A DNA stretch of 64,000 bases from Nitrospirota bacterium (GTDB taxonomy: Bacteria; Nitrospirota; UBA9217): contig CAVTRN010000002.1 in assembly GCA_963737155.1 (NCBI GenBank), forward strand, positions 256,001 to 320,000, written 5' to 3'. The position numbers and the translations under genes were made by a program. Shown piece by piece: positions 38,401 through 46,022 of the stretch. The notes below the pieces were generated by a model. It saw only the letters and a list, made by a program, of their open reading frames with translations. It was not told where the DNA came from and searched no databases. How positions within the stretch are numbered: position 1 is the first letter of the stretch; each line of letters starts with the position of its first letter.

Positions 38401-39708
38401 ACAGAGGGCGAAGAGACGAACGCCGCGCTCCGAGCGACGTACGATTCCAAAACGAACTGGAGCGCATACGGCTTCACGCAGGGCACCGTTTCCAAAAGCG
38501 GCGACCGCGAGAGCAACGACCGCATCGGGACGGGCGGCGATTACCGCATTACCGACCGGGTAAAGCTCTTAGGCGAGGTTTCGTCAGGCGACATGGGCGG
38601 CGCGGGAAAACTCGGCATGGCTTATCTCGCCTCCGACCGCACCAACATGTACTTAAACTACGTGTACGACAACGAGACCCCCGACGTCGGGATACGCGCG
38701 GGCAACGGAAACATCGTGTCGGGGATGAAGACCCGGTACGGGGACAGCACCAGCGTCTTTGCCGAGGAAAAGTATTCGTACGGCAGCGTCCCGACGGGGC
38801 TCACCCATGCCGCAGGCGTCGACCTTGCGCCCTATGACCACTGGAACATGGGCGTCAGCCTGGATTACGGGTCGCTCCGGGACCCCATCACCTACGCCGC
38901 GCTCGAAAGGAACGCCGCGACGATCCGCTTGGGCTACGGAATCAAGGGCTTCATCTGGGCCTCCTCATACGAGTACCGCGTCGACAAGACCGAGGTCATA
39001 ACCATCAACCCGGGCGATGCGACCTCGGAAAGCACCGTCGACCAGAACAGCTGGCTTGTCAAGAACGACCTCAAGTACCAGATAGACGACTCGTCCCGGC
39101 TTCTTGCCAAATTCAACCACGCCGAGAGCCACAGCGAAGCAGCGTTCTTCGGCGGCGATTACACCGAGGCGGTCATGGGATACGGCTACCGCCCGGTCAC
39201 AAACGACAAGATCAACGTCCTTTTAAAGTACACGTATTTCTACAACGTCCCGACCACCGCCCAGGTCACCGACACGGTCACCTATACCTCGTCCAACCTG
39301 GAGACAAACAATGCCTCCACGTCCATCCAGAAGAGCAACATCCTGTCATTGGACGCGGACTACGATCTTACCGAGAAGTGGACGGTCGGCGGCAAGTACG
39401 CCTACCGCCTCGGATGGGTCAGCGAGTCCCTGCAGAACCCGGTTTTCTACGAGAGCCGCGCCGCCCTCTATGTCGCCCGCGCCGACTGGCATTTCGTCCA
39501 TCTATGGGACGGCATGGTAGAAGGCAGGCTCCTGGATCTGCCCGACGCACAGGACAAAAAAAGCGGCATTCTCGCGGCAATCTACCGGCAGGTGGGGGCC
39601 AACATCAAGGCGGGCGCCGGCTACAACTTCAGCGATTTTTCGGACGACCTTACACAGCTCGACTACAAGCACCAGGGTTTCTTCGTCAACATGATCGGCG
39701 AGTTTTAG
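26431..39708 (+). CDS. Giant (4425 aa) secreted protein: 13 DUF11/isopeptide-type repeats, SdrD-B-like domains, 3 OmpA-like domains, large C-terminal outer-membrane beta-barrel
   Basis: Signal peptide ending AHS-AEA; repeated K...G...YT(I/V)..N...D.LP...N.A units; GRVWQDAN and GKVFDDRNANG..D.GE.GLPGV; three G(H/Y)T..LS..RA domains; amphipathic strands ending in terminal Phe. Confidence 0.9.
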   Translation: MCSKRKSSKLGNFLKALLSWGIRPGFTFLLFFLLIDTAHSAEAAKIKCSVAPAPTEAVQKNNPANQTTATIGVPFTYTITAPVQGTQDQVGCLRVTKCADDIAVSNVIVTDDLTKTGASLTYVMNAAYLVNTASGARTPVNGGVPLVLGASSSWLSNHPGILSDSTKHLVFSYENNPALASIPAGDNIEIDLTVVLDNVPSNIAQTQFSNTANMWFDKTTNGTVLTNQEALPGTTPPMTIVEPNLVVTKTSSVSNVSTGSKVLYTVNVQNIGASGAWNTTVTDNIPAGMCTYDVRPTITAAIYAADGVTPVSGPLAAGTDFAVTWNGGTSSSCQLTLALLTQKAMIGPDQHFIVTYQAMLDNGISSGTFTNVAGATLWYSASSSYSGRREYSRTLTNGTPGVLDFQDACTVTVASSNYYLLKSVGDLTTGVYPATSAFPGDTLQYTLQIQNFTAATMNNIKITDDLGALNGANFFTAGSLSLAGTNLPAGTYSICPTCGTNGSGTVTISGLTIAPNTQYQIQFNVTLGGSLSNGTIVKNQASQTGTDSATQKCSGVSTNPNTNGPSPLGQTSDVTSVNIIVPAGLTKTSPVPGTATIGQQFSYTITVPAAPASATLTDVHILDSLPPNVSFVSASIVSGGTWNIISTGTATSLVLQDSGSGIDIPAGGQAVIKVTVALNNMSANVSGVSFTNSASYTYTKKKGCGATTTTTGGSGTSAPMTVVEPHLTITKSVSYFSPSGTPAGSPAAVGDVLLYTITMANSGNSTAYNADVIDTLPPGTALIAGSATANINGSPVAGFNPTPAVLADGVMDWGYQNGDSSLVIPAGGKLVVTFQAKVSSVTGTPIVNTAYTAWTSLAGSNPGMRTGAGCPNITQPNNYCSGPATATVTSQDPTALSKTVVSGTWNGGPGAATLRIGDTALYSLALTVRSGTTQNVVVTDTLPAGLFYDGMVSIAPASGGNFTYAVSSQPSLGATGLLTWNLGNISNLSVGSAATSTLTIEYRAKVMKNALSQTPVKQILTNSAQVSYAINGTDMAPKTSSAAVNAWQPVLGVSKTAAAAAGGAVVSAGEIITYTVSIANTGAAPAYDPALADTLPVGMRQGGVTTTGVTLVNTATNAIVTALPVPASAYISYNAATGVATWNFDTGVADAYSIPSGDTLKVTYQVKADSTVASGITLANSAFIQHYYSFDSVDVPAYSVVSDRQVYGPTSAATAMLTTSSVVSAYTFTVSALSKQSLVTTAALGQPFTYRITVPAATSPNAMYNISVTDNIGLQATGVSLAYVGANASLASGAKSWATLANTGIASNLVLSDTVSGGLYVPAGDQLIVNLTVVLTNDTTDNVTGKQFTNTADYTFNTVNGNNATVTSGAPGTSSPVTIAGPNLTMTKSGPATMSVGTPGTFTLNVQNAGTAPAWNTTIMDVLPNVTTPAKGGMCGQAPANITARIYQPDGVTPVTAVLANGTDYAVAFTGLSGTPACTLTVSLKSTAATAIAPANRLIITYQASLDADTVGGIALTNIAGATGYQSANPQATGASGNVYTTTNVLTNGTPGILDFQDAFMVTSVATVGSSVLTPVIRVQKTVQDITSGTQTVSAGDTLKYTITVNNIGTENAVGVTVSDTIPANTTYVPNSTTLNGSVVADTSPGVSALLNNMLINAPSNPIPGDMTADPTASAANTATVSFEVRVSANLAAGTAISNQCYVNGSGAGGSPVPTQPSGNPNSSTPNSPTSVIVGNPPVLSAQKTAKLAVDINGSGLMEPGDTIQYTITLANSAAVPASGVVLTDAVPAGTAYVPGSTTLNGSAVADAASGVSPLSSGMPVVSSNSTGTSSSGSFAANGTGTVTFNVKVNAGVTSGTAICNQGTVSATGITSFLTNASGSSASSPQPTCVTVGSAEQLSITKTYVVVGGGSPLPGSTILYTVTATNTGTVPDTNVVITDDLTAVLTQSTYVAGSAAMNGSANGVSFLSSLITANYGTAAGQLAPGASAVLTYSVKLNGTAASGTVVTNTAQAAWNTPQQTATASVSFSLGFQQGGFSGRVWQDANLNKTYETGEQTFSGWTVNVYLNGQVIHTAYTAADGTYQISGLAPNAGTSNTYMIRFSAPGAGTNTAMLGWADSPFTNGMQQISNIVLPSGTSLSNLNLPLTPDGVIYDSVARTPIAGAALVMLQASTQSPLPAACFNDPAAQGQLTLPGGYYKFDLNFSDPSTCPSGGDYLIQVTPPPSGYIAGLSKLIPPTTDAVTPTFSVPTCPGSPADAVPSITGYCMAEASVKPQPASVPAGPATDYYLHLTLSSAQPGDSQIYNNHIAIDPVQSNAIAITKTSSVTNVTLGQMVPYTISLTNTLSANLTNLEVVDTPPLGFKYVAGSGMVDGQKVEPAKSGTELIWNISTLAANSQHTINLMLIVGAGVTNGDYVNHAQVLNSVTGAVQAVNNAAGNVPAVNKSATAVIAAPGSAASAVAIATVHVAPDPTMDCTDIIGKVFDDRNANGYPDTGEPGLPGVKVVTANGLIATTDKFGRFHITCAAFPDADRGSNFIMKLDDRTLPSGYRVTTDNPLVLRITSGKAAKFNFGATLHRVVRLDIADGVFEPQTSAMREQWNIRMDTLLSELKKSPSVLRISYLADAEDRAEVSDRISAIKNTVSSLWGKGPYRLTIETEVYWRRGGPPEKHSFDTSSDIATAGIYTPAFPDMSSSPGNGVSDAASLGHAVERHAAADIPRTMWEFNFDAPLSETTFTLDDGFTLSSFLGRDEEPQTVSGMTGTDLTSLPTTTTGKAVKTIKLTDLVPPLHYGSGEADIPDMYVKHLKDILSGMKGKNNVRLHLVGHTDNALLLGEAKEKYGDNTSLSRARAGAAALALEKTLGLPAGSVTYEGVGEAGSAVSNATFKGQEANRRIEVQIWYDENSNSTLDNGGLNPDRVDRVKVCRVETLCKLSYEDGLAKRARIRNIVPPLHMDGSTSAVSEEFISSVRRVLDDLRTKEHVIVKFIGYTDSGPLSERDLRIYGDPISLSKARARRAALAVRNALKLPLSAIDIDGRGADGQIAPNDTENGRSQNRRVEVEFWYDDELNVLPDGLVQCPEPAQPVAVTRVFDGPSGGIPPILFDRGEPVVTPEMLERMRISLALAKDKKHARLRFIGYTNDERLDRRTAIVYGDDIGLSASRARRAMDMVKERLVLNGGQAEFEGHGYVQSDDVAATGFIESGTARVEVEVVYDEMMAGDSTDGLDITKVTRDVVPKDPLALNLMRITVDGKPVDDPDKSIADIERCTDVALSKADVQFKFDDLSLKPRLNVTAWPNTVRYKTAPDAIPPENLVQFRMYTNYRAFIVRAEVRIFGKDESTAGTPLVVIPVDKDGRASWQPVFPGYKAPGPELKYVLRVYDAKGRFDETKPLPIWIVDRQSPDIRSRDAEKELLVGYGQNHLYVDNIPKKGGTITVSGSSVPSGHNVYVAGRPVPIGNEGKFVTEEILPSGMHTVEVAILDQSGNGDLFLRDLELKKSDWFATGIADFTLSQDQTSGPGSSQYSSTTAVNNGLNYDGRLAYYTKGTFGNGWQLTSSAYTGEGPVRDLFSDFGQRTPDALFRSIDSQYYYPTYGDDGSVEEGAPTLGKFYLKVENDGSYGMWGDYKLDYTDNDLAHVERGLYGLSGHYQTDSTTSFGEKRFSLDGFSAQPGTVATREQFLGTGGTLYYLQHQGILTGSESISIEMHDKDSGVVVGVKNLAASVDYTIDYLQGRVSLTQPLSPTASGTMVVSSGNSAGDLMYLVIGYEYVPSAGDTNSMSFGGESHVWLNDYVKLGVTADKEGGSETPDDLTAADLTLRKNALSWVKFETSRSSGSGMNSLTSNDGGMTEAPNCPGYIISANGVATGNPACPSFSSPAAVSAGAYRIDSSLGFADVFASAKGQMTFYTQSLGAGYSVPGLETATDTKQYGGTLKAPISAKVDVTAKTDVTNRDQGLNTSAAEVDLNYHATDHWTVSPGVREDSREDNSPVVPPTETEGEETNAALRATYDSKTNWSAYGFTQGTVSKSGDRESNDRIGTGGDYRITDRVKLLGEVSSGDMGGAGKLGMAYLASDRTNMYLNYVYDNETPDVGIRAGNGNIVSGMKTRYGDSTSVFAEEKYSYGSVPTGLTHAAGVDLAPYDHWNMGVSLDYGSLRDPITYAALERNAATIRLGYGIKGFIWASSYEYRVDKTEVITINPGDATSESTVDQNSWLVKNDLKYQIDDSSRLLAKFNHAESHSEAAFFGGDYTEAVMGYGYRPVTNDKINVLLKYTYFYNVPTTAQVTDTVTYTSSNLETNNASTSIQKSNILSLDADYDLTEKWTVGGKYAYRLGWVSESLQNPVFYESRAALYVARADWHFVHLWDGMVEGRLLDLPDAQDKKSGILAAIYRQVGANIKAGAGYNFSDFSDDLTQLDYKHQGFFVNMIGEF

Positions 39709-39826
39709 GAGATATGGGATGTCCAAGGCCTTTACAGTGAATGATGAAAACAGGAAACCGGACAATCCTGTTGCCGCAATTTCAAAGAAGCATAAAAAAG
39801 AATTTTCCGAATGGGAGGGAATCAAG

Positions 39827-40342
39827 ATGTTTTACCGGCTGGCAGGCATCGTGGTTACGGTTTTCGTACTCTGTATTTACTCTTCCGCTTACGGAGCGGA
39901 CATCACCAAGGAAGAGCTGAAGGGCCAGGACGAACAGGTCCAGGATATCAAAAGCGATGTCCTTTCTATCTCCGCCGAGCTCGAAAAGCTCGAGGAAAAG
40001 CTTTTGTACCCGTCCAGCACGGAGGTCTCGGTATTCGTGTCCCTGGAAGCAGGCGAAACTTTCACGCTCGACGCGGCGGATATTACGATTGACGGAAACA
40101 CTGTCGCCCGGCATGTCTACACCTTCAAGGAGACCCTTGCCATGAGAAGGGGCGGGGTAGAGCGCATCTATACCGGCAATATCAAGACCGGCGACCATGA
40201 CCTCACGGTCCTTGTCATCGGAAAAACCGGGGGAGGCTCCGACCTCAAGGAAACGGAGCACTTCAAGGTCACCAAGGATGTCGCTCCCAGGATCGTCTTG
40301 GTCACGCTTTCCGACCAGGGCATAACGGAGAACAGCAGGTAA
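39827..40342 (+). CDS. Secreted protein (coiled coil + beta-sandwich), first accessory gene of the glt-like cluster
   Basis: GGAGGG RBS before ATG 39827, signal peptide ending AYG-A, heptad segment, then a beta-rich domain. Confidence 0.8.
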   Translation: MFYRLAGIVVTVFVLCIYSSAYGADITKEELKGQDEQVQDIKSDVLSISAELEKLEEKLLYPSSTEVSVFVSLEAGETFTLDAADITIDGNTVARHVYTFKETLAMRRGGVERIYTGNIKTGDHDLTVLVIGKTGGGSDLKETEHFKVTKDVAPRIVLVTLSDQGITENSR

Positions 40343-40345
40343 AAC

Positions 40346-42229
40346 ATGAAAAGGCTCATTTTTCCACTGCTCCTCTTGATATTCTCGGCGTCTCCATCAC
40401 CGGCGGGAACGCCGAAACCGATAGATCTAAAAGATCTTTATTTCGGAGAGGCCCTCTACCACGCATACCAGGGGGAGTGGTTTGACGCCGTTTCCCGGCT
40501 CGACACGGAGCTTGCCCTTCATTACGGGGTCGATGAGCCGGAGCGGGACACCCTTCATTACCACGTCAACCAGGCGGAGTTCGATGTGGGAGACTTCGAA
40601 CTTGACTACCGGATGCACGGGAAGGCCGGGCACGCCATCAAGGAAGTGATCGAGGGGAACGTTCCCGAGATTGTCAAAAACGAGGCAATCTACCGCCTCG
40701 CGCGCATATATTTCCAGAAAGGACAGCCCAAGGATGCACAGGAGGCCGTGGACCGCATCAAGGGCGCCGTCCCCGAGAAAATTAAATATGACCTTGCTTT
40801 CTTCAAGGCGGAAATACTCATGGCGAACGGCCGCTACGGCCTGTCGGCCAAAATATTCTCCGGTATTGAGGACGCTCCGGGTTTTTCAGGCTTTTGCAAC
40901 TACAACCTGGGGATCGCCCTCCTGAAAGACGGGAAGGAGATCCAGGGACTGCGGGCACTCGACCGGGCAGGACAGATTAAGAGCGCAGACAATGTCACGC
41001 TTGCGGTCAGGGACAAGGCAAACCTCGTCTTCGGCGAAAAGCTCCTTTCGGAGAAAAAATTCGCAGCCGCCAAAAACATCCTGGACAGGGTGCGGCTGAC
41101 CGGCCCTTTCTCCGACCGGGCGCTCTTAGGCTCCGGATGGGCCGACGCTTCCCTTGGCGATTACCGGAACGCCCTGGTTCCCTGGACGGTCCTTTCAGAA
41201 AGATCCGCCATCAACGCTTCCGCAGAGGAGGCCATGCTCGCGGTCCCCTATGCTTATATAAAGCTCGGAGTCTACAGCAAGGCGGCCGTCCTGTACAGCC
41301 GGGCATTAGAGACGTTCGGCAGGGAGATCAAGAAACTTTCAGCCTCGATAACGAGCATCCAGGAAGGCAAATTCCTCACAGCGCTCCTGCGGGAAGAGCT
41401 GAAGCAGGACCCCGACTGGGTCGTAAAGCTGCGCAATCTCCCGGACGCCCCCGAGACGTACTACCTCCTTGACCTTCTTGCTTCCCAGGATTTCCAGGAG
41501 TCCCTCAAAAATTACCTGGACCTCCAGGAGCTTCGCGGGAAGCTATCGACGTGGGCGGGCGACCTCATCGCATTCAAGGACATGACGATGAAGCGCCGGG
41601 ATTATTACGAGCCGCTCCTCCCGGACATCGACCGCGAATTCCGCAGTCTTGACACCCTCATGCGCCTCAGACTTTCACAAAAGGACCGCATTGAAAAAAG
41701 ACTCCATGCCATGCTGACGGCGCCCAGGCCCGAGGATCTTCAAACCGCCGATGAGCGCATCACGCTCCTCAAGCTTGACCGGATGGAGCAAATCCTCGGT
41801 TCCGCCCCGTACGCTTCTGACGCCTTGGGCCGTATCAAACTTCTCCGGGGCGTCACCACCTGGAACATGTATGCGGAGTACGACCAGCGTCTGACAGAAG
41901 CCTTCAGGCACCTTCATGATGTAAACAAAGAAATCGACCGCATGAGGAATGAATATGCCTCCTTCATCCGAACCCGCCAGGCCGCCACGCAAAGCTACGA
42001 GGGCTACGACGACAGCATCCGCGTCTTAAGCGATCGTACCGCCGCCGCGGCAAAGAAAGTGGAGGAACTGAAGGCCCGGCAAGGGAAAATCCTCGAGACT
42101 ATGGCCATAAATGAACTGACCAGGAGGCGCGACCGCCTCGAACAATACCAGATAGACGCGCGCTTCGCCATGGGTGACAGCTATGACCGTGCCAGAAAAG
42201 CCCAGGACAGCACGAGGCCCGGACAATGA
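40346..42229 (+). CDS. Periplasmic TPR + coiled-coil protein (GltC-like)
   Basis: Signal peptide, TPR-like units (YRLARIYF, YNLGIALL, ALLGSGWA) and a long helical C-terminus. Confidence 0.8.
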   Translation: MKRLIFPLLLLIFSASPSPAGTPKPIDLKDLYFGEALYHAYQGEWFDAVSRLDTELALHYGVDEPERDTLHYHVNQAEFDVGDFELDYRMHGKAGHAIKEVIEGNVPEIVKNEAIYRLARIYFQKGQPKDAQEAVDRIKGAVPEKIKYDLAFFKAEILMANGRYGLSAKIFSGIEDAPGFSGFCNYNLGIALLKDGKEIQGLRALDRAGQIKSADNVTLAVRDKANLVFGEKLLSEKKFAAAKNILDRVRLTGPFSDRALLGSGWADASLGDYRNALVPWTVLSERSAINASAEEAMLAVPYAYIKLGVYSKAAVLYSRALETFGREIKKLSASITSIQEGKFLTALLREELKQDPDWVVKLRNLPDAPETYYLLDLLASQDFQESLKNYLDLQELRGKLSTWAGDLIAFKDMTMKRRDYYEPLLPDIDREFRSLDTLMRLRLSQKDRIEKRLHAMLTAPRPEDLQTADERITLLKLDRMEQILGSAPYASDALGRIKLLRGVTTWNMYAEYDQRLTEAFRHLHDVNKEIDRMRNEYASFIRTRQAATQSYEGYDDSIRVLSDRTAAAAKKVEELKARQGKILETMAINELTRRRDRLEQYQIDARFAMGDSYDRARKAQDSTRPGQ

Positions 42230-45200
42230 TGATAAACAGACGCCTTCCTTATATTCTATTCGCTCTTTCGCTTCTTTCCGCCTCCTGCCAGGCTCCCCGC
42301 CCAACGGACACGCTGGGAAGTCTTCGCGGAGAGCACATCGATATCAAGGAAGAGCGGATCACGGGCGGCCTCGACAAGGCCATGGAAGGGTACCAGCGTT
42401 TCCTCGAAGATACGCCGGAATCCTCCAAACTGAAGCCCGAGGCAATGCGCCGTCTGGCGGATCTTAAAATCGAGAAGGAATACGGCGTTCTTGAAGGCGG
42501 AGCGGCAGGGCTCGTGAACCGCGCATCGTTAAGCACCGCGACTCCGCCTTCCCCGGAGCATGAGTCGCAGTCCGATTTCGAGAACAGGGCGGGAGCGCTT
42601 TTGGAAGGGGAGACAGCAGCGCCGGGAAGCCTTGAACGTCGAGGCGCCCGCGAGGCCATTGCGCTCTACCAGAAACTTCTTAGCGAATATCCCCATTACG
42701 AGCACAAAGACGATGCGCTCTACCAGATGTCCCGGGCCTACGATGAACTGGGGGAGGCCGACCTCGCCATGAAAGCCATGGGCAGGATGGTGCGGGACTA
42801 TCCCGCATGCCAGTACATGGACGAGGTGCAGTTCCGGCGTGCCGAATACTTCTTCACCCGGAAGCGCTACCTGGATGCCGAGGACGCGTACCAGAGTGTT
42901 ATCCACAGGGGACCGGGTTCGTATTTTTATCAGCTCGCCCTGTACAAGCTCGGATGGACATTCTACAAGCAGGAGCTTTACGATGAAGCTCTTGGCAGCT
43001 ACGTTGCGCTTCTCGATTACAAGGTCAAGACGGGCTACGATTTCGCGCAGGCCGCCGACAAGATGGAGAAAAAACGCATCGACGATACTTTCAGGGTGAT
43101 AAGCCTCTGCTTCTCCAATTTGGGAGGGCCCAAGACCGTTGCGGAATACTTCGTAAAGCACGGTCCAAGAAGCTACGAGGACGGCATCTACAGCAATCTC
43201 GGCGAGTTTTACTTCGACAAGCGCCGGTATGCCGATGCGGCGGCAACATACAAGGCTTTTGTCGGCATGAACCTCTTCCACAGGAAAGCGCCTGCATTTG
43301 AGATGCGGGTGATCGATATCGATATCGCCGGAGGGTTCCCGAGTCTCGTCATCGATGCGAAAAAGGAGTTCTCCAGGACGTACGGGCTTGATGCCCCCTA
43401 CTGGAAACACTACAAGCCGGAAAACCGTCCGGAGGTCATGGCGTGGCTCAAGACAAACCTGACCGACCTGGCAAAGCATTACCATTCGCTGTACCAGGAC
43501 AAGGAGCAAGCAAAGGACAGGGGGACCAACTATGAGGAGGCCATGCACTGGTACAGGCAGTTCCTCGCTTCCTTCCCGAAAGACCTGGTTTCTCCGGCCG
43601 CCAATTATCTTCTGGCTGACCTCCTCATGGAGAACGGCGCATACGGCCCGGCCGCGGCGGAATACGAAAAGACATCTTACGGCTATCCCCGCCACGGCAA
43701 ATCCGCCCAGGCCGGCTACGCCGCCGTCTACGCCTACCGCCAGGAACTTGCCACTGCGGCTTCGGAGCACAAGGACGAGGTGAAGCGGAAGGCCGTTGCC
43801 TGCTCGCTCAAGTTCGCCGCAACTTATCCGGAGCATGAGAAGGCGGCTATAGTCCTCGGAGCCGCCGCGGACGATCTGTACGGGATGAAAGACTTCGAAC
43901 AGGCGCTGGCCGCCGCGAGCAAACTCGTCCTTGCCTACCCCAAGGCCGATGCCGATATCATGAGGGAAGCCTACGTCGTTATCGGCCATTCGACCTACGA
44001 GCTTCACCGCTATGCCGAAGCCGAGGCCTCCTACGGTAAGGTGCTTTCGCTCCTCCCCGCCGGAGATAAAAGCAGGGACGGGATAAGCGACAACCTCGCA
44101 GCATCCATCTACAAAGAGGGCGAGCAGGCCAGCCTTGCCAAGAATTACCGTGCCGCAGCAGACAATTTCCTGCGGGTGGGGCAGACGGTGCCCGCCTCCA
44201 AGATCAGGGTCAACGCCGAATACGACGCGGCGACCGCCCTCATTCTGCTCAAGGACTGGAAAACGGCAGCGTCCGTCCTTACCGGGTTCCGCGATAAATT
44301 CCCCAGGAGCGACCTCCTGCCCGAGGTGACCAAGAAGATCGCCTACGTTTACCGCGAAGACGAAAAGTTCGGCCTGGCGGCCGGCGAATATGAACGCATC
44401 GAGACAGAATCGAAGGACGATGTTATACGGCGCGCATCTCTAGAGACCGCGGCGGAACTCTACGACAAGGCCGGCGACCGGGACCGCGAGCTTGCCGCAT
44501 ACCGGCTTTATGTGGACCATTTCCCGCATCCCGCCGAACCCAACATGGAAACGCGTGCAAAGATCGCCGCCATGCTTAAGACAAACGACCATAGCGGGTA
44601 TCTCGCCGAGATTACGGACATGGTGGCAGTCGACGCTTCCGCCGGGTCGGAGCGCACGCCCCGTACCCGGCATCTGGCCGGCACCGCCGCACTCGTTTTG
44701 GCCGAGCAGACTTTTGGCCGGTTCACCTGTGTAAAACTGACGGAGCCGTTCAAGGAAAACCTTGAAAAAAAGAAGGCACTGATGGAGGCCTCATCGCAGG
44801 CAATGAACAAGCTCCTGGATTACGAGGACGGACTTGTGACCTCGGCCGCGACTTACTATCTGGCCGAGATTTACGCGGATTTCGGCAGGGACCTGAAGGA
44901 GTCCGAGCGTCCCAAAGACTTAAGCCCCAAGGATCGGCAGGAATACGATCAGGCGATCGACAGCCAGGCTTCCCCGTTCATGGAGAAGGCCATAGAGACG
45001 CACAAGAGCAATCTCGATCTCATTTCGCGCAGTATTTACAACGAGTGGATCGAAAAGAGCCTGGAAAGGCTGGCCGTGCTCGTTCCCGACCGCTACAACA
45101 AGACGGAAGAGGAGAGCGACGTCATCACTTCGCCGGACACCAACCTCTATGCCGTCAAACGCCAGGATGAGCCCGGGGCCCTGACAGAAAAAGTAACAGC

Positions 45201-45288
45201 ACCGCAAAGTGAACAAAAACTCCTCTCTTCGCCGTCCGGGACGGTCGTACCGGCACGTACGGCGACGAAGGAACAGGAACCAAAATAA
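42226..45288 (+). CDS. Large TPR lipoprotein (GltD/AgmU-like)
   Basis: Lipobox SASC; many TPRs (ALYQMSRAY, EVQFRRAEYFF, ALYKLGWTFYK); C-terminal YYLAEIYADF...SERP..L......Y...I..QA.PF.EKAIE. Confidence 0.85.
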   Translation: MMINRRLPYILFALSLLSASCQAPRPTDTLGSLRGEHIDIKEERITGGLDKAMEGYQRFLEDTPESSKLKPEAMRRLADLKIEKEYGVLEGGAAGLVNRASLSTATPPSPEHESQSDFENRAGALLEGETAAPGSLERRGAREAIALYQKLLSEYPHYEHKDDALYQMSRAYDELGEADLAMKAMGRMVRDYPACQYMDEVQFRRAEYFFTRKRYLDAEDAYQSVIHRGPGSYFYQLALYKLGWTFYKQELYDEALGSYVALLDYKVKTGYDFAQAADKMEKKRIDDTFRVISLCFSNLGGPKTVAEYFVKHGPRSYEDGIYSNLGEFYFDKRRYADAAATYKAFVGMNLFHRKAPAFEMRVIDIDIAGGFPSLVIDAKKEFSRTYGLDAPYWKHYKPENRPEVMAWLKTNLTDLAKHYHSLYQDKEQAKDRGTNYEEAMHWYRQFLASFPKDLVSPAANYLLADLLMENGAYGPAAAEYEKTSYGYPRHGKSAQAGYAAVYAYRQELATAASEHKDEVKRKAVACSLKFAATYPEHEKAAIVLGAAADDLYGMKDFEQALAAASKLVLAYPKADADIMREAYVVIGHSTYELHRYAEAEASYGKVLSLLPAGDKSRDGISDNLAASIYKEGEQASLAKNYRAAADNFLRVGQTVPASKIRVNAEYDAATALILLKDWKTAASVLTGFRDKFPRSDLLPEVTKKIAYVYREDEKFGLAAGEYERIETESKDDVIRRASLETAAELYDKAGDRDRELAAYRLYVDHFPHPAEPNMETRAKIAAMLKTNDHSGYLAEITDMVAVDASAGSERTPRTRHLAGTAALVLAEQTFGRFTCVKLTEPFKENLEKKKALMEASSQAMNKLLDYEDGLVTSAATYYLAEIYADFGRDLKESERPKDLSPKDRQEYDQAIDSQASPFMEKAIETHKSNLDLISRSIYNEWIEKSLERLAVLVPDRYNKTEEESDVITSPDTNLYAVKRQDEPGALTEKVTAPQSEQKLLSSPSGTVVPARTATKEQEPK

Positions 45289-45316
45289 GAAGAAGGCTTG
45301 CGGCATGGAGAAGACA

Positions 45317-46003
45317 ATGAAGGACAGAAAGGGATTTCTTTTAACAGTGTCCGGATGTAAGTGCATAGCCGCAGTATTGTTCCTTGCCGCCCTGGCCATT
45401 GCTCTCTCCGGCTGCGCCACCGGAGCAAAGGGCCTGCCGAAACCCGCCCTGACCGTAGCATTTACGGGGCCGTCCGTGGAAAGGCTCGCGGACGGACAGC
45501 AGGGGTTCGTGATCCATGACAAGCCCATCACGGATGCCCGGGCCCGCGAGGAATTTGACCGCGCCGTCAAACTCCTCTCCGACGGGAACAACGGCGGGGC
45601 CATCGAGCTTCTTTCCAAGGTGATCGAGCAGACGCCCCTGGTCACGGCTCCCCATATCGACATCGCTGTGGCCTACATGCGGTCCGGTGAGACCGTGACG
45701 GCCGAGGCCCACCTGAAGACGGCGCTCGGCCTTATCCCCGGCCATCCGGTTGCCAGCAATGAATACGGGCTTCTTCTCCGGAGGGCAGGCCGTTTTAAGG
45801 AAGCCAGGGAAGTCTACCAGAAGGAGACTGCGCTCTTCCCGGAATACCTGCCGGTCCACAAGAATCTCGGCATCCTTCTGGACCTGTATATGAATGACCC
45901 GGAAGGCGCCCTTCGTGAGTTCAATACCTACATCGCCGGCGAACCTTCGGACACAAAGGTAAAAACCTGGATTGCCGAACTGAAGACACGGCTCAAACGT
46001 TAG
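45317..46003 (+). CDS. TPR lipoprotein (GltE/AglT-like)
   Basis: GGAG RBS before ATG 45317, lipobox LSGC, TPRs and NLGILLDLYM......A...F..Y...WIAELK. Confidence 0.85.
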   Translation: MKDRKGFLLTVSGCKCIAAVLFLAALAIALSGCATGAKGLPKPALTVAFTGPSVERLADGQQGFVIHDKPITDARAREEFDRAVKLLSDGNNGGAIELLSKVIEQTPLVTAPHIDIAVAYMRSGETVTAEAHLKTALGLIPGHPVASNEYGLLLRRAGRFKEAREVYQKETALFPEYLPVHKNLGILLDLYMNDPEGALREFNTYIAGEPSDTKVKTWIAELKTRLKR

Positions 46004-46022
46004 GTGATAGGGAGGAGAAAAC

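Noticed and set aside
26431-39708. Classical autotransporter, RTX/T1SS adhesin or TonB-dependent receptor call for the giant protein
   Set aside because: The barrel region is far longer than an autotransporter domain, there are no GGxGxD repeats or ABC/MFP genes, and no TonB box/plug pattern was recognised.
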